From the NCBI GenBank assembly GCA_964455545.1, contig CAYVWQ010000010.1, positions 23,749 through 87,748 on the forward strand: DNA of 64,000 bases. The letters are read 5' to 3'. Positions 35,909 to 45,650 of the stretch are shown piece by piece (the stretch's first letter is position 1; every line of letters begins with the position of its first letter). The DNA comes from an uncultured Thermoleophilaceae bacterium (GTDB taxonomy: Bacteria > Actinomycetota > Thermoleophilia > Solirubrobacterales > JACPNS01). Below the pieces are notes generated by a model. It had not been told where the DNA came from and searched no databases. It saw only the letters and a program-made list of their open reading frames with translations. The position numbers and the translations under genes are program-made.

Positions 35909-36562
35909 CTAAGGCTCGACCCTTGGTTGAGGTCTTGCGTTCTGGGCCTCCCGCTGCAGTTTCAAGCTCTCGCGCGCCGACTTGACGTAAAGCGCAGTCG
36001 CCGCGTAAGAACCAACCACTCCCACCCATACAAGCACGTTCGCGACCGGAGTGTCGGCGCACAGGGCGATGAATCCGCCGGCCATCAACGGCCAGACCGA
36101 CAGACGACCGATCCAGTTGACCTCGATCGAGATGTGGCGCCTAAGGGCGTAGAGCGACATCACCAGCATCAACCCCTCACGCACGAAGACGAGGATTATC
36201 AGGTAGCGCGGGAGCAGTTCGAACTTGTAGATGATGATCCCGGCGGCGATGATCAGGAGTCGGTCGATCAGCGGATCGAGCAGTTTTCCCATACGGCTGA
36301 ACTGGCCGGTCAGACGCGCGGCGAGGCCATCGAGGTAGTCGCTCGCTCCGCAGATGAACATCGCGATGTTCGCGGTCGTATCGCGGCCGTCAGGCGAGTT
36401 CCAGGCCAGCACGAAGAACACCGGGATCAGCAGCGCGCGGACGTAGCCGATCGCATTTGGAATGGTCCACGGTCGCAGTGGCTCGCTGTCGCCGGTGCGC
36501 GCGTCCGGGCCGCCGGAACGGTCGATTCCTGCGATCCGCTTCAGGTTGCGTTCGCGTGGCAT
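35909..36562 (-). CDS. CDP-alcohol phosphatidyltransferase (PgsA / actinobacterial cardiolipin-synthase type)
   Basis: Trimmed to MPRERNLKRI (cat at 36560-62). Perfect DG-x2-AR-x8-G-x3-D-x3-D motif in DYLDGLAARLTGQFSRMGKLLDPLIDRL. Confidence 0.8.
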   Translation of the reverse strand: MPRERNLKRIAGIDRSGGPDARTGDSEPLRPWTIPNAIGYVRALLIPVFFVLAWNSPDGRDTTANIAMFICGASDYLDGLAARLTGQFSRMGKLLDPLIDRLLIIAAGIIIYKFELLPRYLIILVFVREGLMLVMSLYALRRHISIEVNWIGRLSVWPLMAGGFIALCADTPVANVLVWVGVVGSYAATALYVKSARESLKLQREAQNARPQPRVEP

Positions 36563-36575
36563 CGCGTCGCCGTGC

Positions 36576-38276
36576 TCAATCGATCGTGGCAAGCCGCGAC
36601 GCGATCGCCGCGCAGGCGCCGTCGACCGGGATCGACTCTCCCGCCTGACCGCGACGAATCTGCAACTCCAACTCGCCGTTCTCAAGCCCGCGTTTGCCGA
36701 CTGTCACCCGCAGCGGGCACCCCAAAAGCTCGGCGTCAGCGAACTTCGCCCCCGGGCCGCCGTCGCGGTCGTCGTAGACAACTTCGACTCCTGCGCCGCG
36801 CAGCTCGTCGTAGAGGGCGTCAGCGACGCGCTGCTCCTCGGACCCCTCGCCCTTTGCGAGTGAAACGAGGTGAACCTGGAACGGCGCGATTGACTTCGGC
36901 CAGACGATGCCGGCGTCGTCGGCGAGTTGCTCGACTGCTGCGGCGGCCACACGCGCCGGGCCGATGCCGTAGCTGCCCATGACGATCGGGTGCTCTTTGC
37001 CCTGTTCGTCGAGGTAGGTCGCGCCGAGCGCCTCGCTGTAGCGCGTGCCGAGTTTGAAGATGTTTCCGATCTCGATCGCCGGGACGATCTCGATCGCTTC
37101 TCCCGAATCGGTGGTGTCGCCGGCCTCCACGCTACGAACGTCGGCGAACTCGGTCTGGAAATCGCGGCCGATCTCGACGCCCCGCAGGTGAGCGTCCGGC
37201 GTGTTCGCGCCGGTGATCCAGCCCTCTGGCTGGCCCTCGCACGCGCGGTCGGTGAGGACGCGTACAGAGGCCCCCACGGGGCCGGTGTACCCCGCGGCCG
37301 ACCCGAAGCGCGACGCGATCTCGTCCTCGCGTGCCTGGCGCATCGGCCTGCCAAGGGCGTTCTGGAGCTTGATCTCGTTCAGCGAGTGATCGCCCCGCAA
37401 CATCACGAGCAGCGGCGTTCCGTCCTCTTCGTCGATCATCGGCATCGCCTTGAGCAGCGTGCTGGCGTGCACGTCGAGCATGCCTGCGACCTCTTCGATC
37501 GTCGTCTTGCCCGGGGTGGAAACCTCTTCCGGGGCACTGAGCACGGGGCCGGCACTGCGCGGCTGAGCGGTCGCGGACGCGACTTCGACGTTGGCGGCGT
37601 AGCCCGGTGCCAGCGCCACGGAGTCCTCGCCAGCGGGGCAAGGGGCCATGAACTCATCCGCCCCCGATCCGCCCATCATCCCGACGTCGGACTCGACCAT
37701 GTACCACTCGAGGCCGGCACGGTCGAAGATCCGCTTGTAAGCAGCGGCCTGGGTCGCGTAGGAGCGCTCAAGCCCCTCGACGTCGCGATCAAAGCTGTAG
37801 GCGTCCTTCATCGTGAACTCCCGCGTGCGCAGCATCCCTGCGCGCGGACGCGGTTCATCGCGGCCCTTGGTCTGAAACTGGTAAAGCGTCAGGGGCAGGT
37901 CGCGATAGGAGCGCACCTCGCGTGCAACGTGATTCGTCACCGCCTCTTCGTGGGTCATCGCCAGGACGAGGTCGGCGTCCTTGCGGTCCTTCAGCTTGAA
38001 TAGCTCGGTGATCCCATATCGCCCGGTCTTCTGCCACAGCTCGGCCGGCTGGATCACGGGCATCAGCATCTCGATGGCGCCGGCTGCGTCCATCTCCTCG
38101 CGGATGATCTGTTCGACCTTGCGTTGAACGCGCCATCCGGCGGGCATGTACGTCCACAGGCCGGATCCGACCTGCCGGATCAATCCAGCCCGCACCATCA
38201 GCTTGTGCGAGATCGCCTCGGCGTCGGCCGGCGGTTGCTTCACGGTCGGGAGGAGATATTCGGAGAGGCGCGTCAT
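36576..38276 (-). CDS. proS: prolyl-tRNA synthetase (bacterial type with editing insertion)
   Basis: Trimmed to MTRLSEYLLPTVKQPPADAEAISHKLMVRAGLIRQ. Class II motifs present, 566 aa. Confidence 0.95.
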   Translation of the reverse strand: MTRLSEYLLPTVKQPPADAEAISHKLMVRAGLIRQVGSGLWTYMPAGWRVQRKVEQIIREEMDAAGAIEMLMPVIQPAELWQKTGRYGITELFKLKDRKDADLVLAMTHEEAVTNHVAREVRSYRDLPLTLYQFQTKGRDEPRPRAGMLRTREFTMKDAYSFDRDVEGLERSYATQAAAYKRIFDRAGLEWYMVESDVGMMGGSGADEFMAPCPAGEDSVALAPGYAANVEVASATAQPRSAGPVLSAPEEVSTPGKTTIEEVAGMLDVHASTLLKAMPMIDEEDGTPLLVMLRGDHSLNEIKLQNALGRPMRQAREDEIASRFGSAAGYTGPVGASVRVLTDRACEGQPEGWITGANTPDAHLRGVEIGRDFQTEFADVRSVEAGDTTDSGEAIEIVPAIEIGNIFKLGTRYSEALGATYLDEQGKEHPIVMGSYGIGPARVAAAAVEQLADDAGIVWPKSIAPFQVHLVSLAKGEGSEEQRVADALYDELRGAGVEVVYDDRDGGPGAKFADAELLGCPLRVTVGKRGLENGELELQIRRGQAGESIPVDGACAAIASRLATID

Positions 38277-38336
38277 CGGCGGTGATCCTAGTTGTAGGCG
38301 TGGCGGGAACTGGGTATGTAGGATCGGTCGACTTCT

Positions 38337-38382
38337 ACCGCCCGCGCGCCGCGCGCAACTTCTGAGCACGGGGCGGTTTTTT
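38337..38382 (+). terminator. orphan terminator-like hairpin plus T6 tract in the proS/GH divergent region
   Basis: ACCGCCC (38337-43) pairs GGGCGGT (38371-77), followed by TTTTTT. The loop contains self-complementary GCGCGCCGCGCGC. There is no upstream plus-strand gene to terminate. Confidence 0.3.
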
Positions 38383-38473
38383 GTTCGAACAAGGCTAAAT
38401 CTCGCGCACCCGGACTCGGAGCGCGGGCCTGACACGCGCTCTCGGTCGCGCCGCGGAGGACCATTTTCAATTC

Positions 38474-39940
38474 ATGCAGCTTCTCGCCCGCAAATCCACG
38501 CTTTTCATCGCCCTTCTCGCCCTGCTCGCTGCGGGCGTTTTCGTTTCGGCCGCATCCGCGTCGACATCTCAGGTGTCGGTGATCGAAGACCCGCGCCGGA
38601 TCTACAGCGCCGACCCGTCCCTGCAGACAGCGGCGATGGACGAGGTGAAGGCGCTGGGCGCGAAGATCGTCCGGATCGGCATTCCCTGGCGTTCGGTGGC
38701 TCCGGACTCCGAGAACACCGTCAAGCCAGGGCTTGATCTCACCAACCCCGACGCCTACCCGGCCGGTTCGTGGGCGATTCTTGACAACGCGGTGAAGCTC
38801 GCCGAAGAGCGTGGCCTGCGCCCCTGGCTCGTGATCACCGTCCCCGCCCCGCGATGGGCTGTGCGGCAGGAGTCGGGCTCGTATCAGGGCAATTACAAGC
38901 CGAGCCCGACCTATCTCGGCGAGTTCGCGAAGGCCGTCGGACGTCGCTTCCAGTCGGTGAACATGTTCTCGATCTGGAACGAGGTGAACCTTCAGCGCTA
39001 CATCCAGCCGCAGCGCTCCGGCTCGAAGGTCTACTCGGCCATCCATTACCGCAAGATGTATCTCGCGGCGTACAACGGGCTCGTCTCATCGGGCCACAGC
39101 AAATCTTCGATCCTGATGGGCGAACTGCTGCCGCGCACCGGCACCGTGAAGTCGCCGACGGCAACCCCGCCGGTCACTTTCCTTCGCGCCTTCTTCTGCA
39201 TTGACAGCAAGGGCCGCAAGCTCAAGGGCAGCGCCGCGCGCAAGCAGGAGTGTTCGCACTTCAAGACGATCCGCGCCACCGGCCTCGCCTACCACCCGTA
39301 TTTCAACGCCTCCGGTCCCCTCTTCAAGGAGCCGTACTCCGAGAACGCGCCGATCATCTATCTGAAGCGAATCGAGAAGATCCTCGACCAGGCATATGCG
39401 GCCAAGCGCATCAAGACCAAGCGCATGAAGATCTACAACAGCGAGTTCGGTGTGCAGACGAATCCGCCGGACAAGTACACCGGGGTCTCGCTCAAGAAAG
39501 CCCCCGGATACCTCAACCTCAGCGAATACATCACCTGGGCCGACAAGCGCATCGCGACCTACTCGCAATACCTGCTGATCGACGACGTGGACATAAGCGC
39601 CTTCCAGTCTGGCCTGCGCTTCGACAACGGCGAGAAGAAGCCCGGCCTCTACGAGGCCTACCAGAACCCGCTCGTCGTGTTCAAGACCTCAAGCTCGAGC
39701 AAGGTGTACGTCTGGGGCGCCCTACGGGCGAAGGGCTCGGGCACCGCGGTCGCGCAGATCCAGACGAAGAACGGCGACAGCTGGTCGACGGTCGCAAACG
39801 TGTCTGTGAAGAGTTCGCAGGGGTACTTCTCGACCAACCTCAAGCTCAGCAACGCCAAGTCGAAGACCTACCGCATCCTCTGGGACGGCGGCACGAGCCG
39901 AGAGGCCAAGCCGCAGACGAAGCCGCGCGCGCGGAGCTGA
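38474..39940 (+). CDS. secreted glycoside-hydrolase-like protein (clan GH-A TIM barrel plus C-terminal beta domain), family uncertain
   Basis: Signal peptide MQLLARKSTLFIALLALLAAGVFVSAASA. VRIGIPW and FSIWNEVNL (an NE acid/base-like motif). Lower G+C than flanking genes. Confidence 0.5.
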   Translation: MQLLARKSTLFIALLALLAAGVFVSAASASTSQVSVIEDPRRIYSADPSLQTAAMDEVKALGAKIVRIGIPWRSVAPDSENTVKPGLDLTNPDAYPAGSWAILDNAVKLAEERGLRPWLVITVPAPRWAVRQESGSYQGNYKPSPTYLGEFAKAVGRRFQSVNMFSIWNEVNLQRYIQPQRSGSKVYSAIHYRKMYLAAYNGLVSSGHSKSSILMGELLPRTGTVKSPTATPPVTFLRAFFCIDSKGRKLKGSAARKQECSHFKTIRATGLAYHPYFNASGPLFKEPYSENAPIIYLKRIEKILDQAYAAKRIKTKRMKIYNSEFGVQTNPPDKYTGVSLKKAPGYLNLSEYITWADKRIATYSQYLLIDDVDISAFQSGLRFDNGEKKPGLYEAYQNPLVVFKTSSSSKVYVWGALRAKGSGTAVAQIQTKNGDSWSTVANVSVKSSQGYFSTNLKLSNAKSKTYRILWDGGTSREAKPQTKPRARS

Positions 39941-41227
39941 TCAGTTGCGGGCAAAGCGTCGCCCCGCCTGGGGTGACGCGGCCTCGTCGATCACGACGGG
40001 CTTGACCTGGGGCAGCTCAGCGGGATCGGTGAAGTCCTCGCCCTCGCGAGCCTTCGCAGCCTCGAGTGCGGCGAGCTTCTCCGGGGTGAGGTCGCCCGCG
40101 TTCTCCTCTTCGATCTTGCGGATGAACTCGGCGCCTTCGGCGGATGCCGCTTCGTCAAACTCGACCTTGCCACCCATCGCGAGCGACTTGTCGATCTCCG
40201 CGAAAAGCTCGTCCACGAGGCGCGGCGTCGGGACCTTGCGAATCGCCTTGCCCTGGGCGAAGATCACGCCCTCATTCTTGGCGCCGGCGATCCCGAAGTC
40301 CGCGGCCGCGGCTTCGCCGATTCCGTTGACGGCGCATCCCAGCACGGCGACCTCGATCGGCTCTTCATAGCTCTCGAGGCGCTGCTCAATTTCGGCGACG
40401 ACCGTGTCCATGTCGAACTGCAGGCGACCGCAGGTCGGGCAGGCGATCAGGACCGGGCCCTTCTCACGCAGTTGTAGCGCCTTGAGAATCTCCCAGGCGA
40501 CTTTGACCTCTTCCTCGGCGTGGAACGTCGAGAGCGAGATGCGAATCGTGTCACCGATGCCGTCGGCAAGCAGCGTGCCGAGCCCGACGCTCGACTTCAG
40601 CGATCCCGACCACTTGGTGCCGGACTCGGTGATGCCGAGGTGCAGCGGGTAGTCGATCTTCTCCGAGAGCAGGCGGTTCGACGCGATCGTGTTCGGCACG
40701 TTCGTCGACTTGATCGAGACCTTGAAGTTCTCGAAGTCGAGACGCTCCATCAACTCGACGAACTCGGTGGCTGCGGTGACGAGTGCTTCGACGGAGTTTT
40801 CCTTTTCGAGCTCGTGCAGATGCTTCGGCAACGAGCCGGAGTTGACGCCGATGGGCATCGGCGTGCCCTTCTCCTTGGCCTTCGCGACCACCTCAGCGAC
40901 CTTCTCGGGACCGCCGATGTTGCCGGGGTTCAGGCGGATCGCGTGTGCGCCGGCATCGATCGCCTTGAGCGCGAGCGTGTGGTTGAAGTGGATGTCGGCG
41001 ATAACGGGAATCGGCGACTGGACGACGATGTCCTTCAGCGCGACGACATCCTCGTCACGCGGGACCGCGCAGCGGACGATCTCGCAGCCAGCCTCGTGCA
41101 TGCGTTGGATCTGGTCGAGAGTCGCCTGCTTGTTGGCGGTCTCGGTCTTGGTCATCGACTGCACGACAACGGGCGCGCCGCCGCCGATCGGCACGTTGCC
41201 GACCCAGATCTGTTTCTTTGAGGCCAT
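39941..41227 (-). CDS. ispG: 4-hydroxy-3-methylbut-2-enyl diphosphate synthase
   Basis: GcpE pattern VQSMTKT, IVRCAVP, IRLNPGNIG, and a C-terminal CPTCGR Fe-S motif. About 60 aa of acidic C-terminal extension. Confidence 0.95.
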   Translation of the reverse strand: MASKKQIWVGNVPIGGGAPVVVQSMTKTETANKQATLDQIQRMHEAGCEIVRCAVPRDEDVVALKDIVVQSPIPVIADIHFNHTLALKAIDAGAHAIRLNPGNIGGPEKVAEVVAKAKEKGTPMPIGVNSGSLPKHLHELEKENSVEALVTAATEFVELMERLDFENFKVSIKSTNVPNTIASNRLLSEKIDYPLHLGITESGTKWSGSLKSSVGLGTLLADGIGDTIRISLSTFHAEEEVKVAWEILKALQLREKGPVLIACPTCGRLQFDMDTVVAEIEQRLESYEEPIEVAVLGCAVNGIGEAAAADFGIAGAKNEGVIFAQGKAIRKVPTPRLVDELFAEIDKSLAMGGKVEFDEAASAEGAEFIRKIEEENAGDLTPEKLAALEAAKAREGEDFTDPAELPQVKPVVIDEAASPQAGRRFARN

Positions 41228-41254
41228 GCCCTGAGGGTAGGTGGTCGGGGCCCG

Positions 41255-42334
41255 TCAGGGCCCGAAACCGCCGTTGGTGAATCGGTCGATGTCGTTCGTC
41301 AGTCCGATCGCGAACAGGACGCCGATCAAGGCGATTCCGACGATGCTGGCGCGCTCGAGAACCGGCACCGGGATTGGTTTGCCGCGCACCTTCTCGGCCA
41401 GCGCCCAGAAGATGTGTCCGCCGTCGAGCGGGAGGAACGGGAAGAGGTTGATGATCGCGAGACTGAGAGAGATCAGTGCGATAACGAGAATCGTCGTCTC
41501 TGTGTTGGTCTTGAAGGCCTGCTGTGTGCTCTTGTACCCGCCCGCGACGCTTGAAATCTGCTTGCGCTGTTCGTCGTTGAAGATGCGCGCCGGCAGAGAC
41601 AGCGTCAGCTTCGTCACGCGCCAGATCCCGTCAATCGAGTGGGTGAACGCCGCCGGGATCGACTGCGTCTCGGTGATGCTTCCGAATTGAATCCCGAGCC
41701 GCATTCGCTTGACCTCGGCGTCGTAGCGCGGGACTGCGTCGAAGGTGATCGTTTTTCCGCCGCGCTCGATCGTCACCTGGACCGGCTCTGAGGCCTTGCA
41801 ACCGTTCGTCTTTGCCCCCGCGCACTTCGACCTGGCGAGCTCCTTGACAAGCGTCTCCGGCGTCCCCTTGACGCCGTTGACGGCCTTGAGCGTGTCCCCT
41901 TGTCGGATCTGAGCCGCGGTCGAACCCGAAGGATCGACCTGGGCCACGCGGTTGGAGACTCCGGTGCTGGTTCCGATGAACGCGTACAGGACGAAGAGCA
42001 GGACGAAGGCGATCAGAACGTTCATCGCGGGTCCGGCGGCGATCACGACGATTCGCTTCCAGACCGGTTGCTTGAAGTACGCGCGCGGAAGATCCTCGAC
42101 CGGGATCTCCTCTTCGGGGTTCATGCCGGTGATCTTCACGAAGCCGCCGAGCGGGATCGCGCCGATCTCGTAGGTCGTCTCGCTGTTCTTCGGCTTGTAC
42201 TTGAAGAGTGCGGGTGGGAAGAACAGCGAGAACCGCGTCGCCTGCATGCCGACGGACTTGGCCGCGATGAAGTGCCCCCACTCATGGAGTACGACGAGCG
42301 CTGCGAATGCGACGAATGCGTAGAACCAACTCAT
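41255..42334 (-). CDS. rseP: RIP site-2 metalloprotease (M50, RseP/Rip1-like) with PDZ domain
   Basis: HEWGHF zinc motif at the N-terminus and a PFLPLDGG motif near the C-terminus. Confidence 0.85.
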   Translation of the reverse strand: MSWFYAFVAFAALVVLHEWGHFIAAKSVGMQATRFSLFFPPALFKYKPKNSETTYEIGAIPLGGFVKITGMNPEEEIPVEDLPRAYFKQPVWKRIVVIAAGPAMNVLIAFVLLFVLYAFIGTSTGVSNRVAQVDPSGSTAAQIRQGDTLKAVNGVKGTPETLVKELARSKCAGAKTNGCKASEPVQVTIERGGKTITFDAVPRYDAEVKRMRLGIQFGSITETQSIPAAFTHSIDGIWRVTKLTLSLPARIFNDEQRKQISSVAGGYKSTQQAFKTNTETTILVIALISLSLAIINLFPFLPLDGGHIFWALAEKVRGKPIPVPVLERASIVGIALIGVLFAIGLTNDIDRFTNGGFGP

Positions 42335-42341
42335 CTGCGAC

Positions 42342-43493
42342 CTACAACACGGTTTCGGCGATTGAGTTCCTCGCCTTTATCCGGGCCTCTTCGTCGATCG
42401 CGGCCAGCTGCGAGAAATGGCCGATCGGCGCGACCTCGACGGACTCCATGGTGCGTTCAATCACCTCGGCGATCGCCAGGAACGGGATCTCGCCGGCCAG
42501 AAAGGCCGCCACGGCGACCTCGTTCGCGGCGTTCATCGTGCAGGGCATCGAACCGCCTGCGCGACCGGCCGCCTCAGCGAGCGCCAGGCAGGCGAACGCT
42601 TCGCGGTCAGGCCGTTCAAAGGTCAGCGCGCCGACGGACGCAAGATCAAGCCGTTCAAGCGGCACGTCCGCGCGCGCCGGGTAGTTGAGCGCGTACGAGA
42701 TCGGCACGCGCATGTCGGGATAGCCGAGGTGAGCGAGCGTGGCGCCGTCATTCAGATCGATCAACGAGTGCACGATCGACTGCGGGTGCACCACTGCGTC
42801 GATCTGGTCGTAGTCAAGGCCGAAGAGATGGTGGGCCTCGATGATCTCGAGCCCCTTGTTCATGAGCGTTGCCGAATCGATCGTGATCTTTCCGCCCATG
42901 TCCCACGTCGGGTGCGCCAACGCGTCCTCGATCGACACCTCCCCAAGCTCGTCGCGCGTACGCCCGCGGAACGGCCCGCCGGAGGCCGTCAGGACGATCC
43001 GGTCGACCGAACCCGGCTGCTGGCCATCGATCAGCTGAAACAGCGCCGAGTGTTCCGAGTCGACGGGAATCAGATCCGCTCCCGTGCCCTCTGCAAGCTG
43101 CGTCACGAGGTCGCCGCCCACCACCAGCGACTCCTTGTTCGCGAGCGCCAGGTCGATCCCCTCGCCGAGCGTGGCGATCGTCGGTCCCAGCCCGGCCGAG
43201 CCGACTATTGCGTTCAGGACGATGTCGCACTCGGTCTCGGCGATCAGCTGGATGATTCCTTCGTGACCACTTCGCACGGTTCCGCGGTCCCACTGCTCGC
43301 TGGCGCGGGCTGCGGCGTGCGGGTCGGCGAGCGCGATCGTCTCGACGCGGTGCTTCTCGGCCTGTGCGACCAGCGCGTCGACGTCGCTGCCGGCCGAGAG
43401 ACCGACGACGATCAGGTCGTTGTTGCGCTCGATCACGTCGAGCGCCTGGGTTCCGATCGACCCCGTCGATCCGAGTATCAAGACCCTGCGCAT
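42342..43493 (-). CDS. dxr: 1-deoxy-D-xylulose-5-phosphate reductoisomerase
   Basis: ILGSTGSIGTQALDV NADPH motif, LANKESLV, 383 aa. Confidence 0.95.
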   Translation of the reverse strand: MRRVLILGSTGSIGTQALDVIERNNDLIVVGLSAGSDVDALVAQAEKHRVETIALADPHAAARASEQWDRGTVRSGHEGIIQLIAETECDIVLNAIVGSAGLGPTIATLGEGIDLALANKESLVVGGDLVTQLAEGTGADLIPVDSEHSALFQLIDGQQPGSVDRIVLTASGGPFRGRTRDELGEVSIEDALAHPTWDMGGKITIDSATLMNKGLEIIEAHHLFGLDYDQIDAVVHPQSIVHSLIDLNDGATLAHLGYPDMRVPISYALNYPARADVPLERLDLASVGALTFERPDREAFACLALAEAAGRAGGSMPCTMNAANEVAVAAFLAGEIPFLAIAEVIERTMESVEVAPIGHFSQLAAIDEEARIKARNSIAETVL

Positions 43494-43514
43494 GCGCCTT
43501 CCGAAGGTAGGCGG

Positions 43515-44450
43515 TCAGGACGCCAGAGGCGCCATCGCGAACCAGATGTAGTAGCCGACGACGATCGTGAACAGCGCCGCGTCGGCGCGATCCATTGCAC
43601 CGCCGTGCGCGCCGAAGGCCTTGCCGCTGTCTTTCACGCCGAAATCGCGCTTGATGTAGCTCTCGAAGACGTCGCCGAGCGGGGCTGCGATCGCCACGCC
43701 CATTCCGAGGAGCAGGGCGTTCTGCCCGGTGATCCAGTCCTGGTAGAGACCGGCGAACCAGACTGTGAGCGTCGCACCGACCATGCCGATGACGAGCCCC
43801 TCCACCGTCTTGTTCGGGGAGATCGCCGGCGCCATCTTCGTGCGTCCGAACATGCGGCCTCCGGCGTAGGCGAACGTGTCGCCGATGAACGTGCCGAGCA
43901 GGATGTCGATGATGATCATTTCGCCGTGCGGGAGCTGCTGCAGCCAAAGCGCGTGGGCGAGCGGGATTCCGAGCCAGAAGGCCCCGAAAAGCGTGAAGGA
44001 CATTCCGAACGTCGCGTTCTCACGCGCGCCGGTGAGCGCGCTGAGCAGGAACACCACAGGGAAGGACGCTGCGATCACGGCGACCAGCTGGAACTGGTCA
44101 CCCCAAAGTCCGACAAGGATCAGGGCGATCAGCGTGAGAAAGCCCGCCGCACGGATCGGCTGGACCTCGTGACCCATCACATAGAGCTCGTGCAGGGCGA
44201 CGGCGCCGACCACGAGCACGAGAGCCGTGAGGGTCTCCGGCGAAGTGAGGATGCAGATCAGGGCGAGGATCCCGGCCGGGACCGCGACCACGATACGACC
44301 GACGAGGTTCGATCGCGGACCCCTCATCCTCGGCGGCCTCGGTTCACGTGGCTCCGCGGGGCGCTCGCGCTCCGGGCGCGGCGGCCGGCTCCGGCGTGGC
44401 CGGGGTTCGTCAGCGGGCGCCAAAACGCCTCCCTCGCTGCTCGAAGTCAT
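43515..44450 (-). CDS. cdsA: phosphatidate cytidylyltransferase
   Basis: C-terminal SYIKRDFGVKDSGKAFGAHGGAMDRAD signature. An Arg/Pro-rich N-terminal extension overlaps the uppS end by 41 nt, so a later start (ATG 44327) is possible. Confidence 0.85.
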   Translation of the reverse strand: MTSSSEGGVLAPADEPRPRRSRPPRPERERPAEPREPRPPRMRGPRSNLVGRIVVAVPAGILALICILTSPETLTALVLVVGAVALHELYVMGHEVQPIRAAGFLTLIALILVGLWGDQFQLVAVIAASFPVVFLLSALTGARENATFGMSFTLFGAFWLGIPLAHALWLQQLPHGEMIIIDILLGTFIGDTFAYAGGRMFGRTKMAPAISPNKTVEGLVIGMVGATLTVWFAGLYQDWITGQNALLLGMGVAIAAPLGDVFESYIKRDFGVKDSGKAFGAHGGAMDRADAALFTIVVGYYIWFAMAPLAS

Positions 44451-45084
44451 CGAGCGCCGCTACCAGCTCGCTCTCGTCGAAGTCAGGCCAGAGCGCATCG
44501 GTGAAATACAGCTCGGAATAGGCGGTCTGCCAGAGCAGATAGTTCGACAGGCGGTGTTCGCCGCTGGTGCGAATCACGAGATCCGGATCGGTCATGTCCG
44601 GCGCGTACAGCAGCGCAGCGAACTCCTCCTCGGTCTCTCCGTCGAACCGTTTGGCGGCGTCGACCAGCTCGGCCCTGCCGCCGTAGTTGAAAGCCACGAA
44701 GAGCTTCAGGCGGTCGTTCTCGGCCGTCTCGGTCGTCGCCCAGTCCATCATGTCGCGAAGTTCGGCAGACAGGCCTTGCCTGCGACCGATGAACTGCATC
44801 CGCACGCCCTCTTCCTTCAACTCCGGCGTCTCGCTGCGCAGCAGTTCGGCGAACATCGCCATCAGGCCCTTGACCTCGTCGTCCGGGCGGGACCAGTTCT
44901 CGGTCGAGAAGGCGTACACCGTCAGCTCGTCGAGCCCGAGACGGACGGCATCCTTCACCGTGCGTTTCAAGGCCTGCGCGCCCTCGCGGTGGCCGTCGAG
45001 CGTCGAAACGCCCTCCTTGGCAGCCCAGCGAGCGTTGCCGTCCATGATGATCGCGACGCAACGCGCGCGCGTGGCGGCCTCCAT
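44410..45084 (-). CDS. uppS: isoprenyl (undecaprenyl-type) diphosphate synthase
   Basis: AIIMDGNARWA, FSTENWSRP and RTSGEHRLSNYLLWQ motifs. Confidence 0.9.
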   Translation of the reverse strand: MEAATRARCVAIIMDGNARWAAKEGVSTLDGHREGAQALKRTVKDAVRLGLDELTVYAFSTENWSRPDDEVKGLMAMFAELLRSETPELKEEGVRMQFIGRRQGLSAELRDMMDWATTETAENDRLKLFVAFNYGGRAELVDAAKRFDGETEEEFAALLYAPDMTDPDLVIRTSGEHRLSNYLLWQTAYSELYFTDALWPDFDESELVAALDDFEQRGRRFGAR

Positions 45085-45650
45085 CAGACCTCTAGGAGAT
45101 CGGCTTCTTTGTTCTTGAGCTGGCTGTCGACCTCGCCGATGTGGCGGTCGGTCAGCTTCTGGAGGTCGTCCTCGCCGCGCTTCTCGTCGTCCTCGCCGAC
45201 GTCGCCGCCGGTGCGTAGTTCTTTCAGCTCGTGCATGATGTCGCGGCGTACGTTGCGGATCGCGACGCGACCCTCCTCGGCGAGGTGGCGCGCCTGCTTG
45301 ACCATCTCATTGCGGCGCTCCTCGGTCAGTTCGGGGATCTGGATGCGTACGACGTTTCCGTCATTGTTCGGCGTGAGGCCGAGGTCCGAGTCCTGGATCG
45401 CCTTCTCGATCGACGGCAACGAGGACTTGTCGTATGGGGAGATCGTCAGCAGCCTTGCTTCGGCGGCGGCGATGTTGGCCATCTGGTTGAGCGGGGTCTG
45501 GGTGCCGTAGTAGTCGACCTGAATGCGGTCGAGCAGCGCCGGGCTGGCGCGGCCCGTCCGGACCGTGCCGAACTTCTCACTCGTGTTCTGCACCGACTTG
45601 ACCATGCGCTCGTCGGCGTCGGACAGCAATGCGTCGATCAGCTCGCTCAC
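45084..45650 (-). CDS. frr: ribosome recycling factor
   Basis: 188 aa, with the typical GRASPALLD and IRNVRRD segments. Confidence 0.95.
   Translation of the reverse strand: MSELIDALLSDADERMVKSVQNTSEKFGTVRTGRASPALLDRIQVDYYGTQTPLNQMANIAAAEARLLTISPYDKSSLPSIEKAIQDSDLGLTPNNDGNVVRIQIPELTEERRNEMVKQARHLAEEGRVAIRNVRRDIMHELKELRTGGDVGEDDEKRGEDDLQKLTDRHIGEVDSQLKNKEADLLEV

Noticed and set aside
38381-38392. Palindrome TTGTTCGAACAA considered as a third LexA box.
   Set aside because: The half-sites are inverted (GTTC-GAAC with no spacer) rather than GAAC-N4-GTTC, so it does not fit the Cheo box.
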